NCBI GenBank assembly: GCA_033723415.1
Contig: JAWVXD010000002.1
Span: 312,988 to 376,987 of the forward strand
DNA: 64,000 nt
Source: Sulfurospirillaceae bacterium
Lineage (GTDB): Bacteria; Campylobacterota; Campylobacteria; Campylobacterales; Sulfurospirillaceae
Reading direction: 5' to 3'
Shown here: in pieces, positions 1 through 10,170 of the stretch
Layout of the letters: the number at the start of each line of letters is the position of its first letter
Numbering within the stretch: the stretch's first letter is position 1
Program-made: the position numbers and the translations under genes
The notes under the pieces: generated by a model
Told to the model about the DNA's origin: nothing
Databases searched by the model: none
The model's input: only the letters and a program-made list of their open reading frames with translations

Positions 1-245
1 ATCGCGATACCGTCATCTACTCCTATCGTGTTAAATTCAAATGGAACACAACCATTCTTTCTAATCTCGTCTTTTATAATCTCGCCGTATTTATTTAAGA
101 AAAAATGTCCCGGTATTATCTCAATAAAAGAGTTGGCAACTCCGATGAATGGCTTGTTAAAATCTTCCTCTTTGACACCGGTTGCTCGAAACAGACTTCT
201 ATGTGGCGCTCTGTCATAACCTTTTTTTACTTGGTCGCTGCGCAT
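1..245 (-). CDS. ilvD: Dihydroxy-acid dehydratase, N-terminal part (runs off the window edge)
   Basis: Not in the ORF track. Manual minus-strand translation from ATG at 245 gives [23 protein letters not shown]...[17 protein letters not shown]...[11 protein letters not shown], the IlvD N-terminus. AAGGA SD upstream. Confidence 0.95.
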   Translation of the reverse strand, partial: MRSDQVKKGYDRAPHRSLFRATGVKEEDFNKPFIGVANSFIEIIPGHFFLNKYGEIIKDEIRKNGCVPFEFNTIGVDDGIA

Positions 246-324
246 AATATTCCTTTAAATTTTTGATAATTATATCAAAAAGTACGCTATAATAAAATAT
301 CTAGTGACATATATCGCAAACCCC

Positions 325-353
325 TTTACATTTTGGAAAATAATTGCTATAAT
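325..353 (+). promoter_or_regulatory. sigma70 promoter of the tRNA operon
   Basis: TTTACA (325-330), 17 nt spacer, TATAAT (348-353) with extended TG; 18 nt upstream of tRNA-Gly. Confidence 0.75.
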
Positions 354-371
354 TTCGTCTCATTTTTGACT

Positions 372-446
<75 letters not shown>

Positions 447-478
447 TAAAAATAGAGAGTCATAATAGAAAAGCGTTT

Positions 479-565
479 GCCCGGGTGGCGGAATGGTAGA
501 CGCAAGGGACTTAAAATCCCTCGCTCATTTTGAGCGTGCCGGTTCAAGTCCGGCTCCGGGCACCA
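479..565 (+). tRNA. tRNA-Leu(TAA)
   Basis: Cloverleaf with long variable arm (GCTCA-TTT-TGAGC), anticodon loop CTTAAAA, encoded CCA. Confidence 0.96.
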
Positions 566-596
566 CCTTGCGTAATTTGGATTTGCTTTGTTCGGT

Positions 597-671
597 GGCG
601 ATATAGCCAAGTGGCTAAGGCAGGAGCCTGCAAAGCTCTGATCCCCGGTTCAAATCCGGGTGTCGCCTCCA
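597..671 (+). tRNA. tRNA-Cys(GCA)
   Basis: GGCGATA/TGTCGCC acceptor stem, anticodon loop CTGCAAA, U73 discriminator, encoded CCA. Confidence 0.96.
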
Positions 672-787
672 TATTTATTTCTCATACTTATAAAGTAAAA
701 CTTCATAAGTATTCAATCACTAAAGCTTCGACTTTGTCGAGAATTTAGTTTTTCGAGTTTCTTGGTCAAACTCACTTTTATCATTGT

Positions 788-877
788 CGGGAGATGGCAG
801 AGCTTGGTTTAATGCGGCGGTCTTGAAAACCGTTGAGGGTAACACCTCCGGGGGTTCGAATCCCTCTCTCCCGGCCA
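788..877 (+). tRNA. tRNA-Ser(TGA)
   Basis: CGGGAGA/TCTCCCG acceptor stem, anticodon loop CTTGAAA, long variable arm, G73-CCA. Confidence 0.96.
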
Positions 878-1013
878 CTTCTTTTTAAAGATACTTCATA
901 AAACATTCTTAAATTCATACAAAAATTTTGTACTTAATTATTCAATAATTTAAATAAAATCTTATTCTTGATATTTTAAAGTATAATGATTATAAAGTTT
1001 TAAAAGGATGGTT

Positions 1014-1415
1014 ATGAAAAAACTAATAAAATTGGTTTTAATGATTTCAGTATTGGCATTTGTGTTCACGGGCTGTAGAACATCAACTTTACAGAATGTT
1101 AACGATAGTACATTCGTCCCTACAAATGTAAAGCAAGTAAACTTGGACAATGTTGCCAGAGCTATCATCAGAGCAGGGGCTACTTTGGGATGGAATATGA
1201 AAAGAGAAAAAGAAGGTGAGATCATCGGAACTTTATACTTAAGAGACCATATGGCACAAGTTAGAATCCCTTACACGACCAATAAATATAGTATCTTATA
1301 CAATGATAGCACAAATTTAAAATACGATGCAGCACAAAATATAATCCACTCAAACTACAATGGATGGATACAAAATCTCAATAAAGCGATTCAAATTCAA
1401 CTGGGTTTGATGTGA
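1014..1415 (+). CDS. Hypothetical lipoprotein
   Basis: Signal peptide ending in lipobox FTGC. AAGGA SD favours ATG 1014 over 1008. The 3' end overlaps the convergent AMP-ligase gene by 19 nt. Confidence 0.8.
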   Translation: MKKLIKLVLMISVLAFVFTGCRTSTLQNVNDSTFVPTNVKQVNLDNVARAIIRAGATLGWNMKREKEGEIIGTLYLRDHMAQVRIPYTTNKYSILYNDSTNLKYDAAQNIIHSNYNGWIQNLNKAIQIQLGLM

Positions 1416-2578
1416 TCAAAATGCATCACTTTTTTACCCATTTGAGTTGTTGATATTTTTTCAACAATTTTAAGAGAGATAGGAAATTTTATATTGCCTA
1501 TCTCTCTTTTTAATATACCGTTGACTTCTTTCAAACTGATCTGCTCGCTGCTTTCAAGATATATCTCCAACACCTCGTCTTTTAGCTCACCTTTATGATA
1601 ATTTACCCTCACATAGGCCTTTTTCACACTCTCTAAGCGCTCTAATATCTCTTCTACTTGTAGAGTTGAATATCTCTTTCCTCCGGCTTTAAAAATTTGT
1701 GAATTTCTTCCTATAATCTTAAATCGATCACCTTCAAATTCAACATAATCAAAACTTTGTATCATGCTATTGGTTTTTTTGTACCCTTCTTCAAACAAAA
1801 GTTTTGATACAAATGGTGAGTGTATTTTTAAAAGAGATTCTTCGTTTGTAGAAATACAGACACTTGATATCGGCGTCCACAATTCATCTGCCTGCGCTTT
1901 ATACGCTATGCCGCCTGTTTCGGTTGAACCAAAAAACTGAAGTAAATTGGTATTGAATTTATTGATAAATTTTTTGGCGATTTCTGGCTCAAGCGGAGCA
2001 GTTGAGCTTATAAAGAGAACATCTTTGAGATCTCTTACTTCATCAAGTTGCAAGAGAGCCTTGATATAAAGCGGCGTTGTAACCACTACCGTATTTTGAG
2101 TGATGGCTTGCAGGAGATCATGTGGCAAAAAATGCTTCTTGAAAAATAGGTCGATACCCAATCTATAAGGCAAAAGCACCGATGACAAAATACCGTAAAT
2201 ATGGATGAAAGGAACGGTCGAAATAACTTTTTTTGGATTGAACTTTTTGACCAATTTTATCCACTCATCCACTTCTCTCTCCAGATTTTCTCTGCTTTTA
2301 AATGCTCCTGTAGGCTTGCCTGTACTTCCTGAAGTGAACATCAACATAGAAAACTCTACATCTTTGAAGTCATTGTTTTTCAAAAGATCTTTGATGCTTT
2401 GATTTTCATCATCAAATAAAACTTGTTTTTGCCCATTCAAATACGCTTGGAAGATCTGCAATATTGAGTCTTCCTTACTACTTGAATCAACAAAGATGAT
2501 ATCTTGCCTGATTTTTTCCAGTGTATCAGGGTCATATACTCTTGTGCTAAGATCATCATCTTGTATTTCTATTTTCAT
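1397..2578 (-). CDS. AMP-binding acyl-CoA/acyl-ACP synthetase (ApeH/XanA2-like)
   Basis: FTSGSTGKPTG AMP-binding loop, SSTAPL, FGSTETGGIA, GR hinge; last gene of the PKS-like operon. Confidence 0.85.
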   Translation of the reverse strand: MKIEIQDDDLSTRVYDPDTLEKIRQDIIFVDSSSKEDSILQIFQAYLNGQKQVLFDDENQSIKDLLKNNDFKDVEFSMLMFTSGSTGKPTGAFKSRENLEREVDEWIKLVKKFNPKKVISTVPFIHIYGILSSVLLPYRLGIDLFFKKHFLPHDLLQAITQNTVVVTTPLYIKALLQLDEVRDLKDVLFISSTAPLEPEIAKKFINKFNTNLLQFFGSTETGGIAYKAQADELWTPISSVCISTNEESLLKIHSPFVSKLLFEEGYKKTNSMIQSFDYVEFEGDRFKIIGRNSQIFKAGGKRYSTLQVEEILERLESVKKAYVRVNYHKGELKDEVLEIYLESSEQISLKEVNGILKREIGNIKFPISLKIVEKISTTQMGKKVMHFDHIKPS

Positions 2579-4662
2579 CTTTTTCCCATCAATATTAAGA
2601 TCAATATCCCCAATAACCCAAGCGTTGCTACTTCTCCTATATAAAAAAGTGCTCCGATAGAGCTAAATACCAAGATACCAAAACCTGCAAACGTACTCAT
2701 CAAAGAGAATAGAATCGCTTGTTGGCTCTGCTTTGAGAGACCATGTCCGCTGATATAGATACCATAATCTATACTAAAAGAGACAACGATAAACAGCATA
2801 AAGATCTGCAGGATATTCACACTTCCATGCGTTATCACAAGCAAACAAAAGGTGATCGGCAGAAGAGTATAAGAGAGGGCTTGAAAAAAGTTCTCTTTGG
2901 TCGCTTTGTATATTATGAACAACATACACAATAAGATCAAAGTTCCACTCAACAACAATTGCTTATCGATTTTCTTTAGCAATGTTTGAAATAATTTTAC
3001 AGAATCTACCAAATAAACTCCGCTTGTTTTTTCATTTTGGTTTACAAAACCAAAACTATAGTAAAATGCTCCTTTATGTAGAATATCAAAGCCGTAGTTA
3101 TTAAGTATATCTACACTGTACTCAGGGGCTATCGGATTCAATAACCTCTTGGAATACGCATCTTTGAAAAAGTTTTTTCTAAAGCCGATTTGCTCAGATT
3201 CTTTCTGTATCTCATCTTTGATGCCTGCAAAATCTATCGCATCCAAAAGTTTTTTTCTTTTCAAAAATTCACGCTCACTCAGAAGATTTGCAAGTGGCAC
3301 GATAGCTCCCTTATGCTGTACTTTAAAATCTATGTTCTTTTGTATCAGTGTATCAATGCTTTTAGCTTTGATCATGAAAGTTATCTTATCGCTGCTGCCA
3401 AGATGGCTTTTGAAAAAGCTTTCTACTCGCTTTAACTTCACATTGTTATAATCTAAATTTTTCATATCCATATCCATCTTCACATGGGAGAGAATATAAC
3501 CGATTATAACAAGCAAGATCAATACAAGATATTTATAATTTTTAACGATACTCAAAGCCGGCAAATAAATATTCATCTCTCTTGCACGAAAGCCGATCTT
3601 TGGAAATAAAAAAGAGAAAATGATATAAGAATAAAGAAGTGAAGCACTAGCGTAAATACTCACCTGCCTTATAAAGGGAAACTGCACAAAAGAGATGAGA
3701 ACGAAGGCCAAGAATGTACTTAAAAAGCCAAAAAAGACCGACTTATTGAAACCTTTATCCTTTTCATAATACCCTAAGAAATAGTGATGAAACATATAAT
3801 CGATCGCAACCGTACTGATCGACATACCAAAAACCATGACAAAGATAGAAACTTCACCCCAAAGCTCAGTTACTACGAGTAAAGAAAGGATAAAGGAGCT
3901 AAGCAGTGTTACAACCGTATTTGCAAGTAGCCCGATGTCTTTTAAAATCAGGATATAGAGCAAGAACAAGATACCAATCGCTATAGAAACTAAGATATTG
4001 ACTTGAGATTTGATGGCTTGTGAGTTTTCTACAAAATAAAAAACAGGACTAAATATCTTTGTATTCGTATTCATCTCTTTGTGAAACACATCATAAACTT
4101 TTTTGAAATCTGTGCCTTTTTTAAAAGAAAAGACACTCATATATCCATAATTTTTTAGGAATAAATGTCCCTCTTTAAAGCTCATAGCAACCCTTTGCTT
4201 TTTTTGCGAAAAAAGCTGAAGCGGGTCATCTTTGTCGATACTACTATAGTATAAACTAGAGATAAGGTTTTGATATGAGCCCTTTAAAGTTTTATCTACG
4301 GCTGATATATTTTTGCTATCAAAATCTTGCAAATAAAAACTATAATCTTTTAGATATTTTCGAAATTCAGGACTTGCAAAAAAACTCTTTTTTAATGCTA
4401 TAAAATTATGACTCAAAACTCGCTTTTCTAAAGCTGTGATCTCTTTTGGATTATCTCCTTTGATAGCGACTAAAACTTCCCTTGATGTTTGAAAATCCCC
4501 ATAGATTTTCAACAGTTTTGTTTCTTGATTTTGAGGCAATAAGGAGATTAGATCGGTTGAGAGTTTTTTGTATGGAGAAAGGACAAAAAATAGTGCCAGC
4601 AAAATTAAAAATATAAGTATATTAAGATATTTAACGAATTGTTTCAATCTTGATCCTGTCAT
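2575..4662 (-). CDS. MMPL-family exporter of aryl-polyene-type clusters
   Basis: Two-fold repeated membrane blocks with IDY motifs (AIDYMFH, SIDYGIY) and large extracytoplasmic loops. True start may be TTG 4647. Confidence 0.8.
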   Translation of the reverse strand: MTGSRLKQFVKYLNILIFLILLALFFVLSPYKKLSTDLISLLPQNQETKLLKIYGDFQTSREVLVAIKGDNPKEITALEKRVLSHNFIALKKSFFASPEFRKYLKDYSFYLQDFDSKNISAVDKTLKGSYQNLISSLYYSSIDKDDPLQLFSQKKQRVAMSFKEGHLFLKNYGYMSVFSFKKGTDFKKVYDVFHKEMNTNTKIFSPVFYFVENSQAIKSQVNILVSIAIGILFLLYILILKDIGLLANTVVTLLSSFILSLLVVTELWGEVSIFVMVFGMSISTVAIDYMFHHYFLGYYEKDKGFNKSVFFGFLSTFLAFVLISFVQFPFIRQVSIYASASLLYSYIIFSFLFPKIGFRAREMNIYLPALSIVKNYKYLVLILLVIIGYILSHVKMDMDMKNLDYNNVKLKRVESFFKSHLGSSDKITFMIKAKSIDTLIQKNIDFKVQHKGAIVPLANLLSEREFLKRKKLLDAIDFAGIKDEIQKESEQIGFRKNFFKDAYSKRLLNPIAPEYSVDILNNYGFDILHKGAFYYSFGFVNQNEKTSGVYLVDSVKLFQTLLKKIDKQLLLSGTLILLCMLFIIYKATKENFFQALSYTLLPITFCLLVITHGSVNILQIFMLFIVVSFSIDYGIYISGHGLSKQSQQAILFSLMSTFAGFGILVFSSIGALFYIGEVATLGLLGILILILMGKR

Positions 4663-5062
4663 TGTTTTGCATAAAGATTTCTATAAATATCAGTCGATCT
4701 TTTTGCTTTTCGTACTCGACTTTTTTGATGTACTCTTTTGCCAATTCCAAAGGTCTCAGAGTGACGATATTTTTATCTTTTTTTATCTCAAAAAATTCAC
4801 CCAAGAGCGTCTCGTCATCACTATGAATCGCCTCGAGTATCATAAAAAAAAGTTTCTTTTGCTTTATCGCATCGTTTTGAGTATACACAATACTCTCTTG
4901 TTTTGGTTTTATGTATGTGATCTTGATACTCTCTTTTAAAAAAGTGATACTCCCCTCAAAATCAATACTTTTATCGATGGCATAGAGATACCTTGTCTCT
5001 TTAAAATCAATAGCGAACATGAGTTGCACACAAACAAGCAACATCAAGATAATTTTAAACAT
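4631..5062 (-). CDS. LolA-like periplasmic lipid/lipoprotein carrier
   Basis: Signal peptide, FKETRY...EGSITF...YIKP pattern; position between the membrane protein and the MMPL gene as in aryl polyene clusters. Confidence 0.7.
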   Translation of the reverse strand: MFKIILMLLVCVQLMFAIDFKETRYLYAIDKSIDFEGSITFLKESIKITYIKPKQESIVYTQNDAIKQKKLFFMILEAIHSDDETLLGEFFEIKKDKNIVTLRPLELAKEYIKKVEYEKQKDRLIFIEIFMQNNDRIKIETIR

Positions 5063-5477
5063 CTTCAACTCGTTTCAAGAAAATATATTTTTTATGCACA
5101 TATTGCAATAAGGCTCCGATCAAAAAAACAAAATACCAGCCAAATGACGTGTAAATAACCCAAAAATATTCGTTTTTTTGCAAGATCACTATCACATGCA
5201 AGAGAATATTCACACCACAAATCCCTATCCAAAATAGTGTTGATTGTTCTATATACTGCACCTCTTCATCATTAAAATCTTTTTTTGAAAATTTCTTGGC
5301 AAATTTTAAAATCAATGATTTTTTTTTGAAATGAGAAAGTGCAATGAGTGCAGTAAAATAAATAGAAACCAGAAGTGGCAAAAACTTCAAAACTATCGCA
5401 TCTTGAAGTGTCAATCCAAGATATTTTAAGGTAAAAAACAAAACAATAGGATAAAGAATACTAAAGAAGGACAACAT
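5055..5477 (-). CDS. Predicted membrane protein (COG4648/ApeG-like)
   Basis: Four hydrophobic segments; SLILKFA...YIEQSTLFW...WVIYTSFGWY pattern typical of this cluster-associated family. Confidence 0.65.
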   Translation of the reverse strand: MLSFFSILYPIVLFFTLKYLGLTLQDAIVLKFLPLLVSIYFTALIALSHFKKKSLILKFAKKFSKKDFNDEEVQYIEQSTLFWIGICGVNILLHVIVILQKNEYFWVIYTSFGWYFVFLIGALLQYVHKKYIFLKRVEDV

Positions 5478-5479
5478 GG

Positions 5480-6169
5480 CTATCGCACCATGCCGCCGCT
5501 GATATTGATCACTTCGCCATTGACATAAGTTGCTTTATCTCCTAAAAAGAAGACAACTTCAGCAACTTCTTCAGGCTCTCCAATACGTCCAGCAGGTATA
5601 AGTTCCACCATCTTTTTATTAACATTTTCTATCATTTGAGATCTGATGATACCTGGTGCTACCGCATTGACCCGGATGCCGTATCTTGCGGTCTCAGCAC
5701 ACAATGCCTTTGTAAATGCAATCACACCGCCTTTGCTTGCGGAGTAATTTGTCTGCCCCTCATTTCCTACCAGTCCAGAGATAGAAGCGACATTGATGAT
5801 TGAGCCGTTTTTATTTTTGATCATTTGAAGAATGATCTGTTTTGTCACATGATACAAACCATCAAGATTTGTCTTCATCACATCTTCCCAATCCTCATCT
5901 TCCATAAAGAAAAAAAGCTTATCTCTTGTGATTCCTGCACAATTTACCAAAACATCCACTTGTAAGTCACTCAGAGCATCTTTGATACTTTGTTTATCCG
6001 AGATATCAAAGGATATCAGTTCGGCATTTTGTATCTCAGTCAAAAGTGCTTTTGCTTTCTCAAAACTTTTGTTATAGTGAATATAAACAAAATATCCGTA
6101 TTTTGCATACTCTTTTACTATCGCTGTGCCTATATCCCCGGTGGCGCCTGTTACAAGAACTTTTTTCAT
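5480..6169 (-). CDS. fabG: 3-oxoacyl-ACP reductase (cluster ketoreductase, FabG/ApeQ-like)
   Basis: TGATGDIG, NCAGITRD, YSASK catalytic motif, VNAVAPG. Confidence 0.9.
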   Translation of the reverse strand: MKKVLVTGATGDIGTAIVKEYAKYGYFVYIHYNKSFEKAKALLTEIQNAELISFDISDKQSIKDALSDLQVDVLVNCAGITRDKLFFFMEDEDWEDVMKTNLDGLYHVTKQIILQMIKNKNGSIINVASISGLVGNEGQTNYSASKGGVIAFTKALCAETARYGIRVNAVAPGIIRSQMIENVNKKMVELIPAGRIGEPEEVAEVVFFLGDKATYVNGEVINISGGMVR

Positions 6170-6265
6170 ATAAATTTCCTATCATTTAGCATAATCTTTA
6201 CTTTAATATTAATATAAAATTCGTCTATTTTCTAACAAAGCCGAATCCTTGTACTGATGACTAAA

Positions 6266-7129
6266 CTATTTCTCCCAAAAATCATAAAAATTAAACCACC
6301 CTTGTGGGTATATTTCGATATTTTTTGCAAATTCATCGACATACATTTGCATGCATCTGTCAACTTCGCTATCCATATCTTTGTCCCAATCCATCTCGAT
6401 CTTTTTATACTCGATCTTATATTTTAACGGCTCTACAAATCTTACAAAAAGTGCGATCAAAGGCTTTTTTGTCTTGTAGGCAATCTCAAAAGGATTTTTG
6501 TTAAATTTGGCAGCTTTCCCAAAAAATTCGATCTTTTTGGAGTTTTTTGCATTAGTAGCACGATCTGCCATCATAGCTACTAGTTCATTGTCTCTGAGTG
6601 CATTTGCTATCTCTATAGTAACGGCAATTCCACCTTTAGAGATGTCTATGATCTTGACATGACCTGTTTTATCGCTGCGAATACTCTCTTCTATCTCTTG
6701 TATGCTTTGCATAAGAGACTCTTGCATCACTATATTAATCTTCAAACTCAAAGGAGCCAAGCAATTTGCGGCACTTGCCCAGCCGCCATAATGTGACAAA
6801 AGCAGTATACCGCCTTCTCTTAAGGTATCCTCTAAAAGCTTTCTTTCATCAACCACAAAGTCATATTTTTCAGGATTGGTAAGTGATATAAATCTATCGC
6901 TCATACAAATCGAAAAATGTCTTAAATGCTCATGATGTACTTTTTTACCAAATGTTTGTCCTATGTTATCATAATATATTTGCAAGGCTTCTTTTGTATT
7001 TGACGCTTTTAAATAGTAAAAATATGAGACAGGATACATCAAATAATAGATAAAACGATATCCAAGCACTTTGTACAGAGTATATACAAGTTTGATGCTC
7101 CAGCCGCTCCCTCTTTGTATTGTTTTCAT
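6266..7129 (-). CDS. LpxL/LpxP-like lysophospholipid acyltransferase
   Basis: LLSHYGGW, AMMADR, C-terminal YPQGWFNFYDFW. Confidence 0.8.
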   Translation of the reverse strand: MKTIQRGSGWSIKLVYTLYKVLGYRFIYYLMYPVSYFYYLKASNTKEALQIYYDNIGQTFGKKVHHEHLRHFSICMSDRFISLTNPEKYDFVVDERKLLEDTLREGGILLLSHYGGWASAANCLAPLSLKINIVMQESLMQSIQEIEESIRSDKTGHVKIIDISKGGIAVTIEIANALRDNELVAMMADRATNAKNSKKIEFFGKAAKFNKNPFEIAYKTKKPLIALFVRFVEPLKYKIEYKKIEMDWDKDMDSEVDRCMQMYVDEFAKNIEIYPQGWFNFYDFWEK

Positions 7130-7827
7130 CGGTTTTCTGGTAATCTTTTCAAGATTGGCTTGAGAGGCAAAAGACGGATATGTACCCAGACGATAGCCAT
7201 CGTATCTCTGAACTTTTTAAAATGGCTCACGCGCTCTTCAGGCTTCGGATAGTAACATTTTATGTTTTTCTCTTTTATGATTCTTCCTTTCCATGCATGT
7301 TTGACCAAAACTTCCATCTCCCAATCAAATCCCCTTGTTTTCAGTTTTAAATCCAGAATAGAGATAGGGTATAATCGCAATCCAGAGAGTGAATCTCCTA
7401 TATGTTGACCCGTATCCCAGCAAGCCCACAAGTTAGAGAACCATCTACCGAATTTTGAACCGTTTGGGACATTCTGTATATCAAAATTTCTTGCACCTAT
7501 GATGATTTGATCTTCTCCGTCACAACTTTTTATCAACTTTTCTATCTCAGATGCCAAATGCTGCCCATCTCCATCTAAAGAGACAAAATATTTATATCCC
7601 AATCTTTTGGCTTCTTTAGCACCACTCATGATCGCCATGCCTTTGCCTAGATTCTCATCGTGCCTTAGAATAGTTAAATTTTCATATTCAAAATCCACTT
7701 TTGGGATTGAACCATCATCAACCAAAACTAGTTTATACCCTTGTCCCAATATATCTTTGGCGACATTTTCTATAGAGTTTGGGTTGTTATAGCTCGGTAC
7801 GACAACCAGTATATCAGATTTTTTCAT
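7126..7827 (-). CDS. Glycosyltransferase family 2
   Basis: VVPSYNN, VDDGS, NLGKG, DGDGQH, DSLSGLRLYP, RVSHF. Start taken at ATG 7827 (MKKSDIL). Confidence 0.9.
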   Translation of the reverse strand: MKKSDILVVVPSYNNPNSIENVAKDILGQGYKLVLVDDGSIPKVDFEYENLTILRHDENLGKGMAIMSGAKEAKRLGYKYFVSLDGDGQHLASEIEKLIKSCDGEDQIIIGARNFDIQNVPNGSKFGRWFSNLWACWDTGQHIGDSLSGLRLYPISILDLKLKTRGFDWEMEVLVKHAWKGRIIKEKNIKCYYPKPEERVSHFKKFRDTMAIVWVHIRLLPLKPILKRLPENR

Positions 7828-8125
7828 ATAAAATCTCTGCAATTTTTACGCTATTTTTTTGGATTTTCACACTCACAATTTTTTCACGCTCAATGAAAAA
7901 AAAGTCCAGAACATCCTCTGGAAGTGCCGGGTGTATGAATTTTGCTTTTTTAATACCAGTGATCTCATGATTTAGGACTTCTGAACAAATCTCCATCATG
8001 ATAAAGGCCGGAAGTAGCGGATTATTTGGGAAGTGTGCTTGAAAAACACTATGTTCCCGACAAGCCAACTCGATGGCAAAAACTCCATCTTCCTTTTTTA
8101 AAATTTTATAGAGATTACTTAACAT
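7814..8125 (-). CDS. Hotdog-fold 3-hydroxyacyl-ACP dehydratase (ApeI-like)
   Basis: HSVFQAHFPNNPLLP FabZ-type motif, KAKFIHP. Start taken at ATG 8125, overlapping the upstream stop. Confidence 0.8.
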   Translation of the reverse strand: MLSNLYKILKKEDGVFAIELACREHSVFQAHFPNNPLLPAFIMMEICSEVLNHEITGIKKAKFIHPALPEDVLDFFFIEREKIVSVKIQKNSVKIAEILYEKI

Positions 8126-8438
8126 AGATTGTAAATTTACCTTTGGTAAAATTTTCGACAGAAAAAGAGAACATGTGCATGTTTTGCATATCAAACTCTT
8201 TTTTTATAGAGATTTCAATTTTCATATCTTCTATTTTTTGTACATACTCAATATCACTCGCACTCACTAAAAATCCTTCTTGCTGATCGCCAAAAGCACT
8301 ACTAGCTTGTGCCGCAGCTTCAAGTATCATGGGAAGTGTCGGGATATAGGGAAATTCACAAGCTACTTTTACATCCTCACTTCCTCTGTATATGATTTCT
8401 TTGGCAAAGAGAAGAGGAGGTAAGTGCGGTAAATTCAT
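8115..8438 (-). CDS. Hotdog-fold dehydratase partner subunit (ApeP-like)
   Basis: LPHLPP and ILEAAAQ motifs; adjacent to a second hotdog gene. Confidence 0.7.
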   Translation of the reverse strand: MNLPHLPPLLFAKEIIYRGSEDVKVACEFPYIPTLPMILEAAAQASSAFGDQQEGFLVSASDIEYVQKIEDMKIEISIKKEFDMQNMHMFSFSVENFTKGKFTIYVK

Positions 8439-9076
8439 ATTTCTACTTCCAATATGGGATCTTTTATATTTTGTGCCGTTTGGGCTACATGTAAGAGTTC
8501 GCTGATGGAGTCTGAAACACCTTTGGTCTTGCTTTTTTCTACTGTTATATTTGCTTTTTCTTTACTCAATCTTACTCTTAGAGCAACTGCACTTTCCAGA
8601 TACTTCACACAACGATTAACTTCTTGTATCTTATCTATATCCATTGTTTCAAAGCACACAAGAAGTAGCTCATCTTGATCAAGTGCTTTTATAGCTCCTG
8701 TCTTCAAGACTGCTTTTGCGGTATTGGCTCCGGAAGAGACGGTCAAGATTTCATTTTTATTATTGTTTAATATCGACAGATATGACACAGCGGTATTAAA
8801 TACGGAGTTTTGAAAATCAGTCGGACTAATAGGTTCTCCGTCTTTTATAGAATTTAAGATCCTTGCACTCACTTCTAACTCTCCATATGCGCTACCACAG
8901 ATTATACGCCCATCTTCAAAGCCAATTTTGTCACAAAGTTCTATCAACAATTTTGCAGCTCTTGTCAATCTTCTTCGTATCACCATTTTAGGTACCAGCT
9001 CTTTAGTGTGAAGATTTTGGATATTTTGTTCTCCTAGTAAATATGCGCTGGAGAGAATTTGCAGATTAAGCTTCAT
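8435..9076 (-). CDS. Ketosynthase chain-length factor (ApeC-like)
   Basis: RRRLTR, GSAYGE, ISPTDFQNSVFN; short, lacks the catalytic Cys; coupled to the KS gene. Confidence 0.85.
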   Translation of the reverse strand: MKLNLQILSSAYLLGEQNIQNLHTKELVPKMVIRRRLTRAAKLLIELCDKIGFEDGRIICGSAYGELEVSARILNSIKDGEPISPTDFQNSVFNTAVSYLSILNNNKNEILTVSSGANTAKAVLKTGAIKALDQDELLLVCFETMDIDKIQEVNRCVKYLESAVALRVRLSKEKANITVEKSKTKGVSDSISELLHVAQTAQNIKDPILEVEI

Positions 9077-10170
9077 CGCTTCCGTCCAAACAGTAGTGAA
9101 GTATTGTTGCCTCCAAATGCTAAAGAGTTGCTCAATACATAATCCATCTCGCTTTTTTGTGCTTTTGTGACATAGTTCATATCTGCGATCTCCGGATCAT
9201 CCAGGTTCAAGTTTGGAAGCAAGGTCTGCTTTTCTAACACCATCACCGACAACATCGCCTCCAATGCCCCAGCCGCTCCAAGCGTATGACCGGTGATAGA
9301 TTTCGTTGAACTTATAGGTGTCGCTGTTCCAAAAAGACTTCGTATGGCATTTATCTCACTGATATCATTGGCTATTGTTCCTGTTCCATGAGCATTGATA
9401 TATCCGATATCTTTTGTATCCAAGCCTCTACAAAGAAGCGCATTTTGCATCGCTTTTGTTGCACCTTGCGGATTTGGTTGTGTCATGTGAAAAGCATCGG
9501 AGCTATAGCCAACGCCACACATCTCAATAGCATCATCGAGCTGCTCATCTTGCAGTAAAAGCACGGCATACCCCTCTGCTACGTTCATGCCGTCTCTTTG
9601 TTTTGAAAAAGGTTGACAAATAGAACTCGATAATACACCCAGGGCGTTGAATCCTCCAACCGTAGTTTTACAAAGCGTATCATACCCGATAACTAAAGCA
9701 TTTTTATAAATACCTTTGCTGATCACTTCATATGCGTAACCCAGTGCATTTGCACTAGAAGTACATGCGGTTGAAAAGGCGACATCATCTTTAAATTTAT
9801 ATTTTTGCAATATCTTATATTTGATAAAATCTATAGCATGTAAGATAGGATTGATGTTTTTGTAGTTGCCGTCTTTGAGATATATCTCTTCACTGAGTCT
9901 CATCCCGCCCACGGATGAACCGATGATCAGAAGTGTGTCTTCAAAGTTTTTTAGATTTGATACATCTAACAATTCACCGATATGAGTTACCAAAGCTTCT
10001 TCTAGATTAAATTCGATGATTCCGATACCGACACTTTTGCCTTGTAGATAATTTGTATTTGTTTTTATTCCGCTTTTGCCGATGCAGATATTTTCAAAAA
10101 GCTCTGTTGCATTGTTTGCCGAAGGAGTTAAACAATTATAATGATTTACAAAAACCCTACTTGTTTTCAT
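9073..10170 (-). CDS. Beta-ketoacyl-ACP synthase (type II KS)
   Basis: Cys-His-His triad: STACTSS, NAHGTGT, TGHTLGAAG; SNSLAFGGNN. Confidence 0.92.
   Translation of the reverse strand: MKTSRVFVNHYNCLTPSANNATELFENICIGKSGIKTNTNYLQGKSVGIGIIEFNLEEALVTHIGELLDVSNLKNFEDTLLIIGSSVGGMRLSEEIYLKDGNYKNINPILHAIDFIKYKILQKYKFKDDVAFSTACTSSANALGYAYEVISKGIYKNALVIGYDTLCKTTVGGFNALGVLSSSICQPFSKQRDGMNVAEGYAVLLLQDEQLDDAIEMCGVGYSSDAFHMTQPNPQGATKAMQNALLCRGLDTKDIGYINAHGTGTIANDISEINAIRSLFGTATPISSTKSITGHTLGAAGALEAMLSVMVLEKQTLLPNLNLDDPEIADMNYVTKAQKSEMDYVLSNSLAFGGNNTSLLFGRKR

Noticed and set aside
672..787. Three short hairpins in the tRNA-Cys/tRNA-Ser spacer as a possible ncRNA or degenerate tRNA
   Set aside because: No T-loop or anticodon arm and no recognisable family; structured spacers are ordinary in tRNA operons.
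5319..5327. A9 tract in the cluster membrane-protein gene as a phase-variation switch
   Set aside because: Poly-A/T runs of this length are frequent in this AT-rich window and the frame is intact; no long poly-G/C tracts were seen.
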